Below are positions 6,118-13,377 of a stretch of 13,572 bases of DNA, in pieces. Each line of letters starts with the position of its first letter. The stretch's first letter is position 1. This DNA is from a virus, in UHGV virus genome UHGV-1746862. One strand, written 5' to 3'. The notes under the pieces are model-generated. The model did not search any database. It was not told where the DNA came from and was given only the letters and a program-made list of their open reading frames with translations. A program made the translations under genes and the position numbers.

Positions 6118-6560
6118 ACGTCTATGTAATAGCCTCTATTCAATCCTTTTCCTTTCCTTTCCAGAATCTATCCCACTGATTCAATAGAATCTTATCAGAC
6201 CTTAAAAGCAATAACTCTATAGTCTACTCTATAACCTCTTATCAAATCAACTTAAATAAAAGCCAATAACCCCAGAAAGGGGATGGCCCATTTAAACGCT
6301 CTATAAAGCTCTATAACAGCCTTATCAACCTAACTTAAGGGATTGCATTACCTCACCCTAAAAAGCCCTTTATAAAGCTTCCCAGAGACTTAAAAGAATC
6401 TTATAAGGGTGTAAGCTTTATCATCTCATTAGTATTCTTGTGAATATCTAAACAACCCCTTGATAGTCACTAAAAAGTATGTTATAGGGGCTTTAAAGTT
6501 ACTTTGAAGTAGCTTAAAAGTTACGTAAAAGAGGCTATAAAGTTACGTAAATGCTAGCCC

Positions 6561-6661
6561 CCTTAACATTCTCTTAACAATTTCTTAACAATCCCTACAT
6601 AGTTATGCTTTTAAGGCACTTGTTAGCAACTTGTTAGTCCCTTGTTAAATCTCTGTTAAGA
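6561..6661. repeat. Head-to-head sub-array: three CTTAACA sites, then four TGTTA(G/A) sites in the opposite orientation, each set at exact 11-bp spacing
   Basis: TAACA cores start at 6564, 6575, 6586; TGTTA cores start at 6621, 6632, 6643, 6654. Confidence 0.7.
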
Positions 6662-6863
6662 CCACGTAAAAGCCTTGTAAGAGTCTTTGACATAGCCTTA
6701 AAAGCTCCTGTAAAGCCCTATAAAGAGCTATCTGTACAGTTGGGGGATAGATACTAGGAAGAGACTTAAAAGAGCTTACAAAGAGCTATAGAGAGCTTTT
6801 AAGAGGGCTATTTAGAGAATCACTAAGAGAGAAAGGGAACGATAAGACCAGAGATAGTGACCA

Positions 6864-7140
6864 TGTTAATAGCTTGTTAAAAAGATTAAACACTTGTTAG
6901 AAACTTGTTAATTATCTTAACAAAATAACTCTTTAAAATTAACTTGTTAGCTCTTGTTAATCATCTGTTAAGACTCTGTAAAGACTATTCAGCACTTGTT
7001 AGAAAACTGTTACAGCCTTGTTAGTTCTGTTAAGAAACTGTTAAGACCTTTGAAGAGTTGTTAAGAAGGTGTTAGAACTGTTAAGAGATTGTTAAGGATA
7101 TTTTAAAATTTTGCAAAGTACTTGTAAGGGAGCTGTTAAG
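6864..7140 (+). repeat. Tandem array of about 17 TGTTA(A)G-family sites, mostly phased at 9-11 bp
   Basis: TGTTA cores start at 6864, 6875, 6895, 6906, 6945, 6955, 6966, 6997, 7008, 7019, 7028, 7039, 7059, 7070, 7079, 7090, 7134; one inverted copy (CTTAACA) at 6916-6922. Confidence 0.7.
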
Positions 7141-7429
7141 GGCTACCAAGCAGATATACATCCTAATCAGATATTTTTGAGTTCCTTCAAAGACCCTAAA
7201 AAATGACTTGACAGTCCTATTTTATAAAAATTTTAAGATTCTGAATAATTACCTATACAGCCTTTTAAAAATACAGGTAATAACAGGCTTATAAGATACC
7301 TTGTTAGTACCGTGTTAGACCTTGTGAGATAAGGCCTGTAAAGATATTCCTGTTAAGTTTATTAAAACAGTCTATATAGAGGCTTAGTAATACCTAGTGA
7401 ACACCTATAGAGAGTATCATAGCTGACAT

Positions 7430-7635
7430 AGAGATTAAGAGGTGTATAGGAGCTTCTAAGAAGGTGTAGAGGGATGGTTAAGGTGATTGTATAGGTTGTT
7501 AAGAAGGCTTGTTAGAGGGCTTGTTAGAAGGGTTATACAGAGGGGCTATTAAGACCACTAGATAGTTACTAAGATACTATATAGTACTATATAACTATAT
7601 AGAGAGTAAGATTAAGAAGGTTGTTAAGAAGGATA
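7430..7635 (+). repeat. Cluster of longer motif variants ((C)TTGTTA(A)GAAGG, AAGGTGTAGAGG)
   Basis: TTGTTAAGAAGG at 7496-7507 and 7621-7632; CTTGTTAGAGGG at 7508-7519; CTTGTTAGAAGGG at 7520-7532; related GGTGTATAGG / AAGGTGTAGAGGG at 7440-7473. Confidence 0.55.
7575..7602. repeat. TATA-rich palindromic cluster
   Basis: Perfect 12-bp palindrome TACTATATAGTA at 7575-7586; three CTATATA(G) copies at 7577, 7587 and 7595. Confidence 0.6.
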
Positions 7636-7690
7636 GATATTTTGTTCACATATGATGGTGACCCAGAGGTTGGGACAACCGATAAAATTT

Positions 7691-7723
7691 TATAAAAGTA
7701 AAAAGCCCCCAATTAAGGAGGCT
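7691..7723 (-). terminator. Putative intrinsic terminator closing the leftward gene cluster
   Basis: On the minus strand, AGCCUCC-UUAAUU-GGGGGCU (7 bp stem with one G-U pair) followed by UUUUACUUUUAUA, just past stop TAA 7735-7737. Confidence 0.55.
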
Positions 7724-7734
7724 CTTAAGATATT

Positions 7735-8358
7735 TTAAATCAGTGTTTCCAGAACTGTTTTTAATGATGACTTGGTTGTCTGATAAAAATGAGTAAATCC
7801 ATTATTGTTATCGAATATCTGCATCATAACAGCATCTCCCTTGATTGGGTACACTCGGATATCATAGTGAAAACCATTAAAGACACAAGAGCCATTACAG
7901 AATGCACTAAAGTCATCCACTGAGATATACTCTTCATGCCCTGTGATTTTTATACAAACACCTTTACTCGGTCTCTTAGGGTTGATATCTTCCATCACAG
8001 ACATACTCTGCCCACCAAGAGATACCATAGTGACCACTTTACGGTTCTTCTGTTTAAAGTACATCTTAACTTTCTGTAAAGTGTCTTCATAGAACGGGTA
8101 AGACCTTTCTACAAAGATTCCTTCAAGTGGCTCTTTACCATTTTCAACTTCTCTGTTATGCCGTACTGCAAAGATAATTTGTTCGAACCAGTCAAGATTT
8201 TCTTCGGAGAGTGCTTCTCGAACATCACTCCAGTCAAGTACTAGGTAGTTACCTTCAACTTCTTTTAAGTTATCTTTTTCCATAGATATCACACCATTAT
8301 CGTAAAACTTGATATTCTGGTACTGCGAATTTATTACTATTGTTCTTGATGAGGTCAT
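7735..8358 (-). CDS. Hypothetical protein (207 aa; possibly starts at the internal ATG 8283, giving 182 aa)
   Basis: Long ORF; the first 62 nt overlap the upstream gene in another frame; no clear SD before ATG 8358. Confidence 0.65.
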   Translation of the reverse strand: MTSSRTIVINSQYQNIKFYDNGVISMEKDNLKEVEGNYLVLDWSDVREALSEENLDWFEQIIFAVRHNREVENGKEPLEGIFVERSYPFYEDTLQKVKMYFKQKNRKVVTMVSLGGQSMSVMEDINPKRPSKGVCIKITGHEEYISVDDFSAFCNGSCVFNGFHYDIRVYPIKGDAVMMQIFDNNNGFTHFYQTTKSSLKTVLETLI

Positions 8359-8761
8359 CCTCTGAAACTAAAAATGTAATACCACATAAGTGTCTGTAAC
8401 GACTATCATACTCGAATATCTTAAACAGATATTTACCATCATGATAAACCTGTTGCACTTCACCTTCTGCAACAATCTCGCCTGTAATAAAATTTTTTAG
8501 TTTATACACATTACCAACCTTAGGTACTGTTTTCATCTCAGGCTCTTTTAGTGCTACACCTATTTTTACATCACCGAGTAAATGAGAACTCTCAAAAGCT
8601 ACGTGTTTCATATAGGCTTCTGAGCATTCCCAAATAAAACAATGTACAAGAACCTTAGCAGCATGTCTTGAGCAGTTCAACTTATCACAAATTTCTGTGT
8701 ACATCTCATCTTTAGTAGAATTGTCAAGCATTGCTCTTTGCACTACTTCTTTAATTTTCAT
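8297..8761 (-). CDS. Hypothetical protein (154 aa)
   Basis: ORF in the leftward cluster, overlapping the upstream gene by 11 nt. Confidence 0.7.
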   Translation of the reverse strand: MKIKEVVQRAMLDNSTKDEMYTEICDKLNCSRHAAKVLVHCFIWECSEAYMKHVAFESSHLLGDVKIGVALKEPEMKTVPKVGNVYKLKNFITGEIVAEGEVQQVYHDGKYLFKIFEYDSRYRHLCGITFLVSEDDLIKNNSNKFAVPEYQVLR

Positions 8762-9173
8762 AAGCTCTCCGAATAACCCTATTAAGCATCTCTAAAGTCA
8801 GCTTTCCAGATTCTAAATGTGGCATGATGAGTTTTAAAGCTTTTTCAACATCATTCACAACATCTATTATACCTTCTTCATAGGCTTCTACGAGGATATC
8901 TTTTACACCGATATAGCCTTCATTGATAATGATTTGCATATCAAAATCTTTTGATTGCTTGTTTAACTTACCTCTCCAATACCCATCAGCATTAAAAGAT
9001 ATCACTTCACACTCTTTAAAATCCATATCATCTGCATTGAATGGAGTAATTATTGTGCATTGGATTGGGTACTCTACACCAGTGGTGTCAACATCAAAAA
9101 CCTTCACAGAAGTGAGTGGTTTCTTTGTTTTAGAGCAGTAAACTGTCAATCTTTTACCAATAAGCTCTTTCAT
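8751..9173 (-). CDS. Hypothetical protein (140 aa)
   Basis: ORF with GAAGG-type RBS upstream of ATG 9173. Confidence 0.7.
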   Translation of the reverse strand: MKELIGKRLTVYCSKTKKPLTSVKVFDVDTTGVEYPIQCTIITPFNADDMDFKECEVISFNADGYWRGKLNKQSKDFDMQIIINEGYIGVKDILVEAYEEGIIDVVNDVEKALKLIMPHLESGKLTLEMLNRVIRRAYEN

Positions 9174-9226
9174 TTCGCTACCTTCTAAGTTTCTACAAAG
9201 GGGCTATCAAGTAACCCCTCAAGCTA

Positions 9227-9451
9227 CTACTCAGACTTTTCAGTCTTCTTATCGGATTTCTTACTAGTCTTCTTCTCAGCTTTCTGTTCAGGCTCCTTCT
9301 CAGAAGTTGCCTTGATAACCATATCAAGAAGCTCTGATAAGTCACTCTTCAGCAAAGTAACAGGCTGCTCGTTGTAGAAGTTTTTGTCAAGATAAACTTT
9401 GAACTCTTCTATAGAAGGAAATCCAAAAATTGGTACAGGTGTCTTAATCAT
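9227..9451 (-). CDS. Hypothetical small protein (74 aa) with Lys/Glu-rich C-terminal tail
   Basis: ORF with GGAGAG 8 nt upstream of ATG 9451; C-terminus EKEPEQKAEKKTSKKSDKKTEKSE. Confidence 0.6.
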   Translation of the reverse strand: MIKTPVPIFGFPSIEEFKVYLDKNFYNEQPVTLLKSDLSELLDMVIKATSEKEPEQKAEKKTSKKSDKKTEKSE

Positions 9452-9527
9452 TACTTAGTCTCTCCATAGGCATCTTTTAAGATTGCCTTGTTAATCATTT
9501 CAGCGATTGCAAAACGAACACATACAG

Positions 9528-10061
9528 CTATAATTGTAGGTTGCATTCTCTACTTACCTCTTCAAGTTTAACCTCAGAATCCTTAAGTCGTTTCTTATGA
9601 ACTCTGAACCTCATTAGTGAGATGATGATACCAGCTAAAGGAACAGCATACAAGTACCAAACATCATGTGCCTTTGCAGTAATCTGTGTAATGGTCAAGT
9701 CTTGAGCTATGTAGCTGATTGCTGATACGGCTAGTAATGTTGCTAAGAAGAAAACCAGTATCATAACAATATTCAGACAACCTCTGGCATGGTATTCATG
9801 CTTAATGCACTTATTCTTCTCTTCAACAACCCTGTTGTAGTCATTTGTAAAGTCTCTGTAGAAAGCTTTTAAGTATTCTTGAGTGTAGCCTTCAAAGCAA
9901 CCTGTGCCGTACCAATAATCACCACCAAAATGTGCTATGATACCTGTATCCCCATTTGGTTTGGTTACTCTTAGTGAAGTATGATGACCAGTCTTCTGAT
10001 AATCTATCTTGTATCTTTCTTCGTAAATCATTTCCCAACCCCTCTCAATCGTTTGTTCCAC
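9528..10061 (-). CDS. Hypothetical membrane protein (177 aa), soluble N-terminal part then two predicted TM helices and a charged C-terminus
   Basis: Hydrophobic segments IVMILVFFLATLLAVSAISYI and VWYLYAVPLAGIIISLM; alternative coupled start at 10031 (ATGA overlap with the upstream stop). Confidence 0.7.
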   Translation of the reverse strand: MEQTIERGWEMIYEERYKIDYQKTGHHTSLRVTKPNGDTGIIAHFGGDYWYGTGCFEGYTQEYLKAFYRDFTNDYNRVVEEKNKCIKHEYHARGCLNIVMILVFFLATLLAVSAISYIAQDLTITQITAKAHDVWYLYAVPLAGIIISLMRFRVHKKRLKDSEVKLEEVSRECNLQL

Positions 10062-10246
10062 TCAAGGTCAACAAGTCTTTGCAGGACTTTCCCTCTAGGT
10101 GTTACACCTTTTAAATCTGCATCGTAGCAACGGTAAAAGTCACCTTCAGCGTGTTTACCGTAGCATTTTCTGATATTCTGGCTCCTACGATACTGCTCTA
10201 ACAGGGAGAGTCTGTAGTAATCTTCAACTGTAGTTAACTTTTTCAT
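10028..10246 (-). CDS. Hypothetical small basic protein (72 aa)
   Basis: ORF with ATGA overlap to the upstream gene (10243-10246). Confidence 0.55.
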   Translation of the reverse strand: MKKLTTVEDYYRLSLLEQYRRSQNIRKCYGKHAEGDFYRCYDADLKGVTPRGKVLQRLVDLEWNKRLRGVGK

Positions 10247-10788
10247 TCTTTCACCATAGCGTTTCTGAACTGGCGTTGTGTTTCTCTTGTAATTTCGTTT
10301 GGAGTAAACCCTGCTTTTAGCATATCTCTGAAAAGAACTTCTAAATGGTTCCTCTCAATGATGTAAATAGCATTCTGAATAGCTGTTTTGCGCTCCTTCA
10401 GGTCACTACTAATCTCTTCGCACTTACTGGTAAGTTCTGTATCAACTTTCTTATAGACTGGCATAACATGTGCGTAGCAACCTTTATTAGTCTCCATGAA
10501 AAATTTAAAAGACTCTTCAGAGTCCTTTAGAGCAATCCCTATAAAGTTTTTGTAAGCACCTGTGAAAGATAAGGAATCAATCTCAGCAGTTGAGTATACA
10601 GTTCCTGCACACAGTCTTGCAGAAGTACTGAATGTGTGGTTTGGTGTTGTGTCAAAGTCTAAGTTCTTCAGTGGTCGGAAATAAACTGTACCATTGTGTG
10701 AGATGTGTGTTACAACAGCCTCAACACTCTTTGAAGGATTCTGTTTAACATACAAAATAATTTTATCGTGTTCTTTCACTTTAGCCAT
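10243..10788 (-). CDS. Hypothetical protein (181 aa)
   Basis: ORF with GGAGAG RBS upstream of ATG 10788. Confidence 0.7.
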   Translation of the reverse strand: MAKVKEHDKIILYVKQNPSKSVEAVVTHISHNGTVYFRPLKNLDFDTTPNHTFSTSARLCAGTVYSTAEIDSLSFTGAYKNFIGIALKDSEESFKFFMETNKGCYAHVMPVYKKVDTELTSKCEEISSDLKERKTAIQNAIYIIERNHLEVLFRDMLKAGFTPNEITRETQRQFRNAMVKE

Positions 10789-10802
10789 ATCTACTCTCCA
10801 GA

Positions 10803-10835
10803 AACTAAAAAGGGAACTACCTCTCGATAGCTCCC
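10803..10835 (-). terminator. Putative internal intrinsic terminator in the leftward cluster
   Basis: On the minus strand, GGGAGCU-loop-AGUUCCC (10812-10835) followed by UUUUUAG (10805-10811), which runs directly into the RBS of the gene starting at 10788. Confidence 0.45.
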
Positions 10836-10860
10836 ATCATAATCAATATTGTATACTCGG

Positions 10861-11442
10861 TCAAGAGTATTTTTTAGGCAGCAATGCACTGCGCTTGTTA
10901 CTCTCTTCACTCAATAGTGCAATGAAATCATCACTTTTACCTTTCCACGGGCTGAATGAAGGGATATGTTCGCGGATAGCCTCAATCACTGTTTTAAGTG
11001 CTGTGTTCTTCATCCACCAATCAGAATCTGCTGATGCTACCACGTAGTATCCACCGTCATCAGTTAAAATTGGCTCTGAAATACATGGTGAAATCAAAGT
11101 GGTGATGATTGAACCGTTGTTCATGTAGTATGTGCGCTTCATAACCTTTTCAAGAAGCTTGTGAAGGTCACCAAACAATGTTACAAGTTCTTTATGGTCA
11201 ATATCTTTTTCGAGACTAGCTCGATACTTCAAAAGTGCAGCATCAACTTCTCTGTCATTAAACTTGAAGTACTGGACTTCATCAACAAGGCAGACACTAA
11301 TGTTATTAACATTCATAGTCAGCTTGCAAACTTTTGCAGGAGAGTTGATATTTGGTTGAAAAAGTGCAATACACCCTTCAATATTTCCAAAATGTTGTAC
11401 CAGTGTTACTTGTGGAGTGATATTCTGTTGCTCTTCGGACAT
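10861..11442 (-). CDS. Hypothetical protein (193 aa)
   Basis: ORF; start overlaps the upstream stop (TAATG, shared nt 11442). Confidence 0.7.
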   Translation of the reverse strand: MSEEQQNITPQVTLVQHFGNIEGCIALFQPNINSPAKVCKLTMNVNNISVCLVDEVQYFKFNDREVDAALLKYRASLEKDIDHKELVTLFGDLHKLLEKVMKRTYYMNNGSIITTLISPCISEPILTDDGGYYVVASADSDWWMKNTALKTVIEAIREHIPSFSPWKGKSDDFIALLSEESNKRSALLPKKYS

Positions 11443-11786
11443 TACAGTTTCCTCATTAAATACTTTTTAAGTTGTGTGTTAGGTTTCTCAAAAACTTCTA
11501 TAGAAGATATCTTAACAGATTCACCACGCATACCAGTATGTTTGAATATGTAATACTCTAACATCCCTATGTACTTTGCTGGTAAGTCATGCTTGACATA
11601 CACCGTCACAGAATCTTCAAATTCAACGACCTTCGTACCATCTTTGTAGTTAAACTCTTTAGGATGGTTGTAGTTGTCTATGTCATACATTAAAAAGAGT
11701 CTTTTACGTTGTAAATCAAGCTTATTTGTTAAAGACTCTTTGATATCTGAGAAGTTTTTGTACACTGTGACATGGAGCTTACTCAT
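11442..11786 (-). CDS. Hypothetical protein (114 aa)
   Basis: ORF; 8-nt overlap with the upstream gene. Confidence 0.65.
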   Translation of the reverse strand: MSKLHVTVYKNFSDIKESLTNKLDLQRKRLFLMYDIDNYNHPKEFNYKDGTKVVEFEDSVTVYVKHDLPAKYIGMLEYYIFKHTGMRGESVKISSIEVFEKPNTQLKKYLMRKL

Positions 11787-12072
11787 CGTTAAACTCTCTG
11801 ACGAAGAAATAGTTGACTTTGTTATTACCTACCATAAGGTCAAAGCAGGTATTTTCAAAAGGTTTGTTGCAGGCATCATATGAAGTGTATGTATCAGCTA
11901 CTTGCTTAGTAGTGAGCTTTTTACTTGATGGATTTAAGAGGCCACCATACAGTTTCTTGATAGCCTCTTCTACAACAGACCAGATGATTTCGTCAGTAAT
12001 CTCTTCGTACAGGTCAAGTTCACGCTCTAGTGAGAAGTCACAAATAGGGAAAATAACCTGCACTTTACTCAT
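11779..12072 (-). CDS. Hypothetical protein (97 aa)
   Basis: ORF; TAATG overlap with the upstream gene at 12072. Confidence 0.65.
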   Translation of the reverse strand: MSKVQVIFPICDFSLERELDLYEEITDEIIWSVVEEAIKKLYGGLLNPSSKKLTTKQVADTYTSYDACNKPFENTCFDLMVGNNKVNYFFVREFNDE

Positions 12073-12470
12073 TAACGAATCACCTGTGAGACTTGAATTG
12101 CTTCAGTTACTGACAAGTCACCTACTTTCTCTTCTTTGATAAAAGTGAAGGTGAGTTCAACAGGTTCTTGCTCTTCTTGCTCAACTGGAACACCATTAAG
12201 CTCATCAAAGATTGATTGGGTTGTCCAGTCTTCACCACCATCTGGGTAGTGGATTGCGTAAAGAGGGAACTCTATATCAAACCAACCAAATACAGGACAA
12301 CCATCTTCATCATCTCGTACTCGATGAAGTGTGCTTCCAGACCCTGTAAACTGAAGGAATAAATCTCCGTTGCACTTGTATATTACTGCATCGGCAAAAC
12401 CTATATCTTCTCGACCATCATGACCAAACGTGTCAACTTTTACTTGGATATCTCTAACATCTTTATTCAT
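12072..12470 (-). CDS. Hypothetical strongly acidic protein (132 aa)
   Basis: ORF; 8-nt overlap with the upstream gene; Asp/Glu-rich (RDDEDG, EQEEQEP). Confidence 0.7.
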   Translation of the reverse strand: MNKDVRDIQVKVDTFGHDGREDIGFADAVIYKCNGDLFLQFTGSGSTLHRVRDDEDGCPVFGWFDIEFPLYAIHYPDGGEDWTTQSIFDELNGVPVEQEEQEPVELTFTFIKEEKVGDLSVTEAIQVSQVIR

Positions 12471-12861
12471 AAAAACCTCTCTCTGCTTGTTCGATTTTTG
12501 CTCTTAAAGTTTCGCAATGATGTAGATGGTAGTTAGCTTCTTGTTCATGTGTTGCTAACTGCCTTTCCAGAACAGTTTTATAGTAACCTGCAAGTTGCTC
12601 TTTTGTCAATGGGTGCTCTGAAATAATATCAAGTCCACTTTCGCCAAGAGGGTTGAATTGTCCATACTCATTGACATTGTAAGTCTCAAACTTGAACAGG
12701 CCATTGTTCACAGACTCAATAGGTGACAACTCAACAAGCTCTACAGTAAACCGTGTATATACCTTGTCACCTCTTGAAACCACATTGTTCCCGACAATGC
12801 GTACAAGCGAGCCATTACGAGTGTACTTAAAAGTTCCAAAGTCACTAGCCCAAAGTTTCAT
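12463..12861 (-). CDS. Hypothetical protein (132 aa)
   Basis: ORF with AGGAG 6 nt upstream of ATG 12861, directly downstream of the lysozyme terminator. Confidence 0.7.
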   Translation of the reverse strand: MKLWASDFGTFKYTRNGSLVRIVGNNVVSRGDKVYTRFTVELVELSPIESVNNGLFKFETYNVNEYGQFNPLGESGLDIISEHPLTKEQLAGYYKTVLERQLATHEQEANYHLHHCETLRAKIEQAERGFYE

Positions 12862-12876
12862 AGTTTTCTCCTTAGA

Positions 12877-12902
12877 AAATAAAAAAGGCTCCCGAAGGAG
12901 CC
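12877..12902 (-). terminator. Intrinsic terminator downstream of the lysozyme gene
   Basis: On the minus strand, GGCUCC-UUCG-GGAGCC (12887-12902) followed by a U-run (12877-12886). Confidence 0.65.
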
Positions 12903-12912
12903 TATGAAGATA

Positions 12913-13377
12913 TTACTTTGGGTATAAACTGTCAAGATAAATGTCAGCTTCCATTCTACGTCTGTTTTTCAGTCCGTTTGAAGTGACTTTCTTACCTTTG
13001 ACTGTAACCTTGTTCCACCACTGCATAGCTTCTGCACAACCTACCTTATCACCATCGTTGTGGCGCTTGATAAATGTGGAGTCCTGCATAGCTGTGATAC
13101 CAATGTTGTATGTTTCACTTACAAGTGCGTCAAACTCATTCTGAGAAGTTGGAACCTTGACGGCTTTGTTCACTGCTGCAACGAACTTTTCAACATCTGC
13201 GAGAAGATACTGTTCAGCTTGTTCAGCGGTAATCTTCATACCCATCTTAACAGGTTTACCAGCAATACGGATTGTCCCATACCCAATTGTGGGGATTCCA
13301 GCAGAATCTTCGTAAGCCTCAAGCTTAAGACCTTCAAAGAACTTAATAGCTTCTAATCCTTTTCTTGAGAGTTGCAT
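12913..13377 (-). CDS. Phage lysozyme / endolysin, glycoside hydrolase family 24 (T4 lysozyme / P22 gp19 type)
   Basis: Translation has the GH24 N-terminal catalytic signature EGLKLEAYEDSAGIPTIGYGT (Glu, Asp, Thr spaced as in T4 lysozyme E11/D20/T26) and downstream blocks (MKITAEQAEQYL, QNEFDALVSETYNIG, WWNK...GLKNRR) matching P22 gp19-like lysozymes from memory; AGGAGG RBS; no N-terminal hydrophobic segment. Confidence 0.9.
   Translation of the reverse strand: MQLSRKGLEAIKFFEGLKLEAYEDSAGIPTIGYGTIRIAGKPVKMGMKITAEQAEQYLLADVEKFVAAVNKAVKVPTSQNEFDALVSETYNIGITAMQDSTFIKRHNDGDKVGCAEAMQWWNKVTVKGKKVTSNGLKNRRRMEADIYLDSLYPK

Larger units (their letters stand above)
6121..7690. repeat. About 1.6 kb ORF-free region dense in short degenerate motifs (TGTTA(A)G, CTTAAAAG, CTATAAAG, CTGTAAAG), present in both orientations
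   Basis: No ORF of 60 aa or more on either strand in the supplied track; dozens of 7-8 bp motif copies seen by eye; bracketed by terminators at 6094-6117 (+) and 7691-7723 (-). Confidence 0.7.

Noticed and set aside
6175-6330. DnaA boxes or IHF sites in the non-coding region (TTATCAGAC, TTATCAAAT, TTATCAACC)
   Set aside because: Each is a partial match (about 6-7 of 9 positions) to TTATCCACA, which is expected by chance in AT-rich DNA. Host identity is unknown, so they are not callable as binding sites.
6864-7140. CRISPR array
   Set aside because: Repeat units are only 7-12 bp with 1-4 bp between them, degenerate and in both orientations. There are no 25-40 bp repeats separated by unique spacers of uniform length.
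9451-9498. 15-codon micro-ORF (MINKAILKDAYGETK) whose stop overlaps the start of the gene at 9451
   Set aside because: Too short and without a recognisable RBS; it overlaps the likely RBS region of the downstream gene and is most likely fortuitous.
10861-11442. Metallophosphatase assignment from a GDLH motif
   Set aside because: Only a single GDLH tetrapeptide, in the middle of the protein; the other calcineurin-like phosphoesterase motifs (GDxxDRG, GNHE) are absent.
8923-13356. Plus-strand ORFs inside the leftward cluster (8923-9141, 10345-10530, 10694-11047, 11161-11553, 11674-11883, 11813-12139, 12692-12907, 12941-13144, 13060-13356)
   Set aside because: Shadow ORFs fully embedded in longer, tightly coupled minus-strand genes; no RBS or promoter context.
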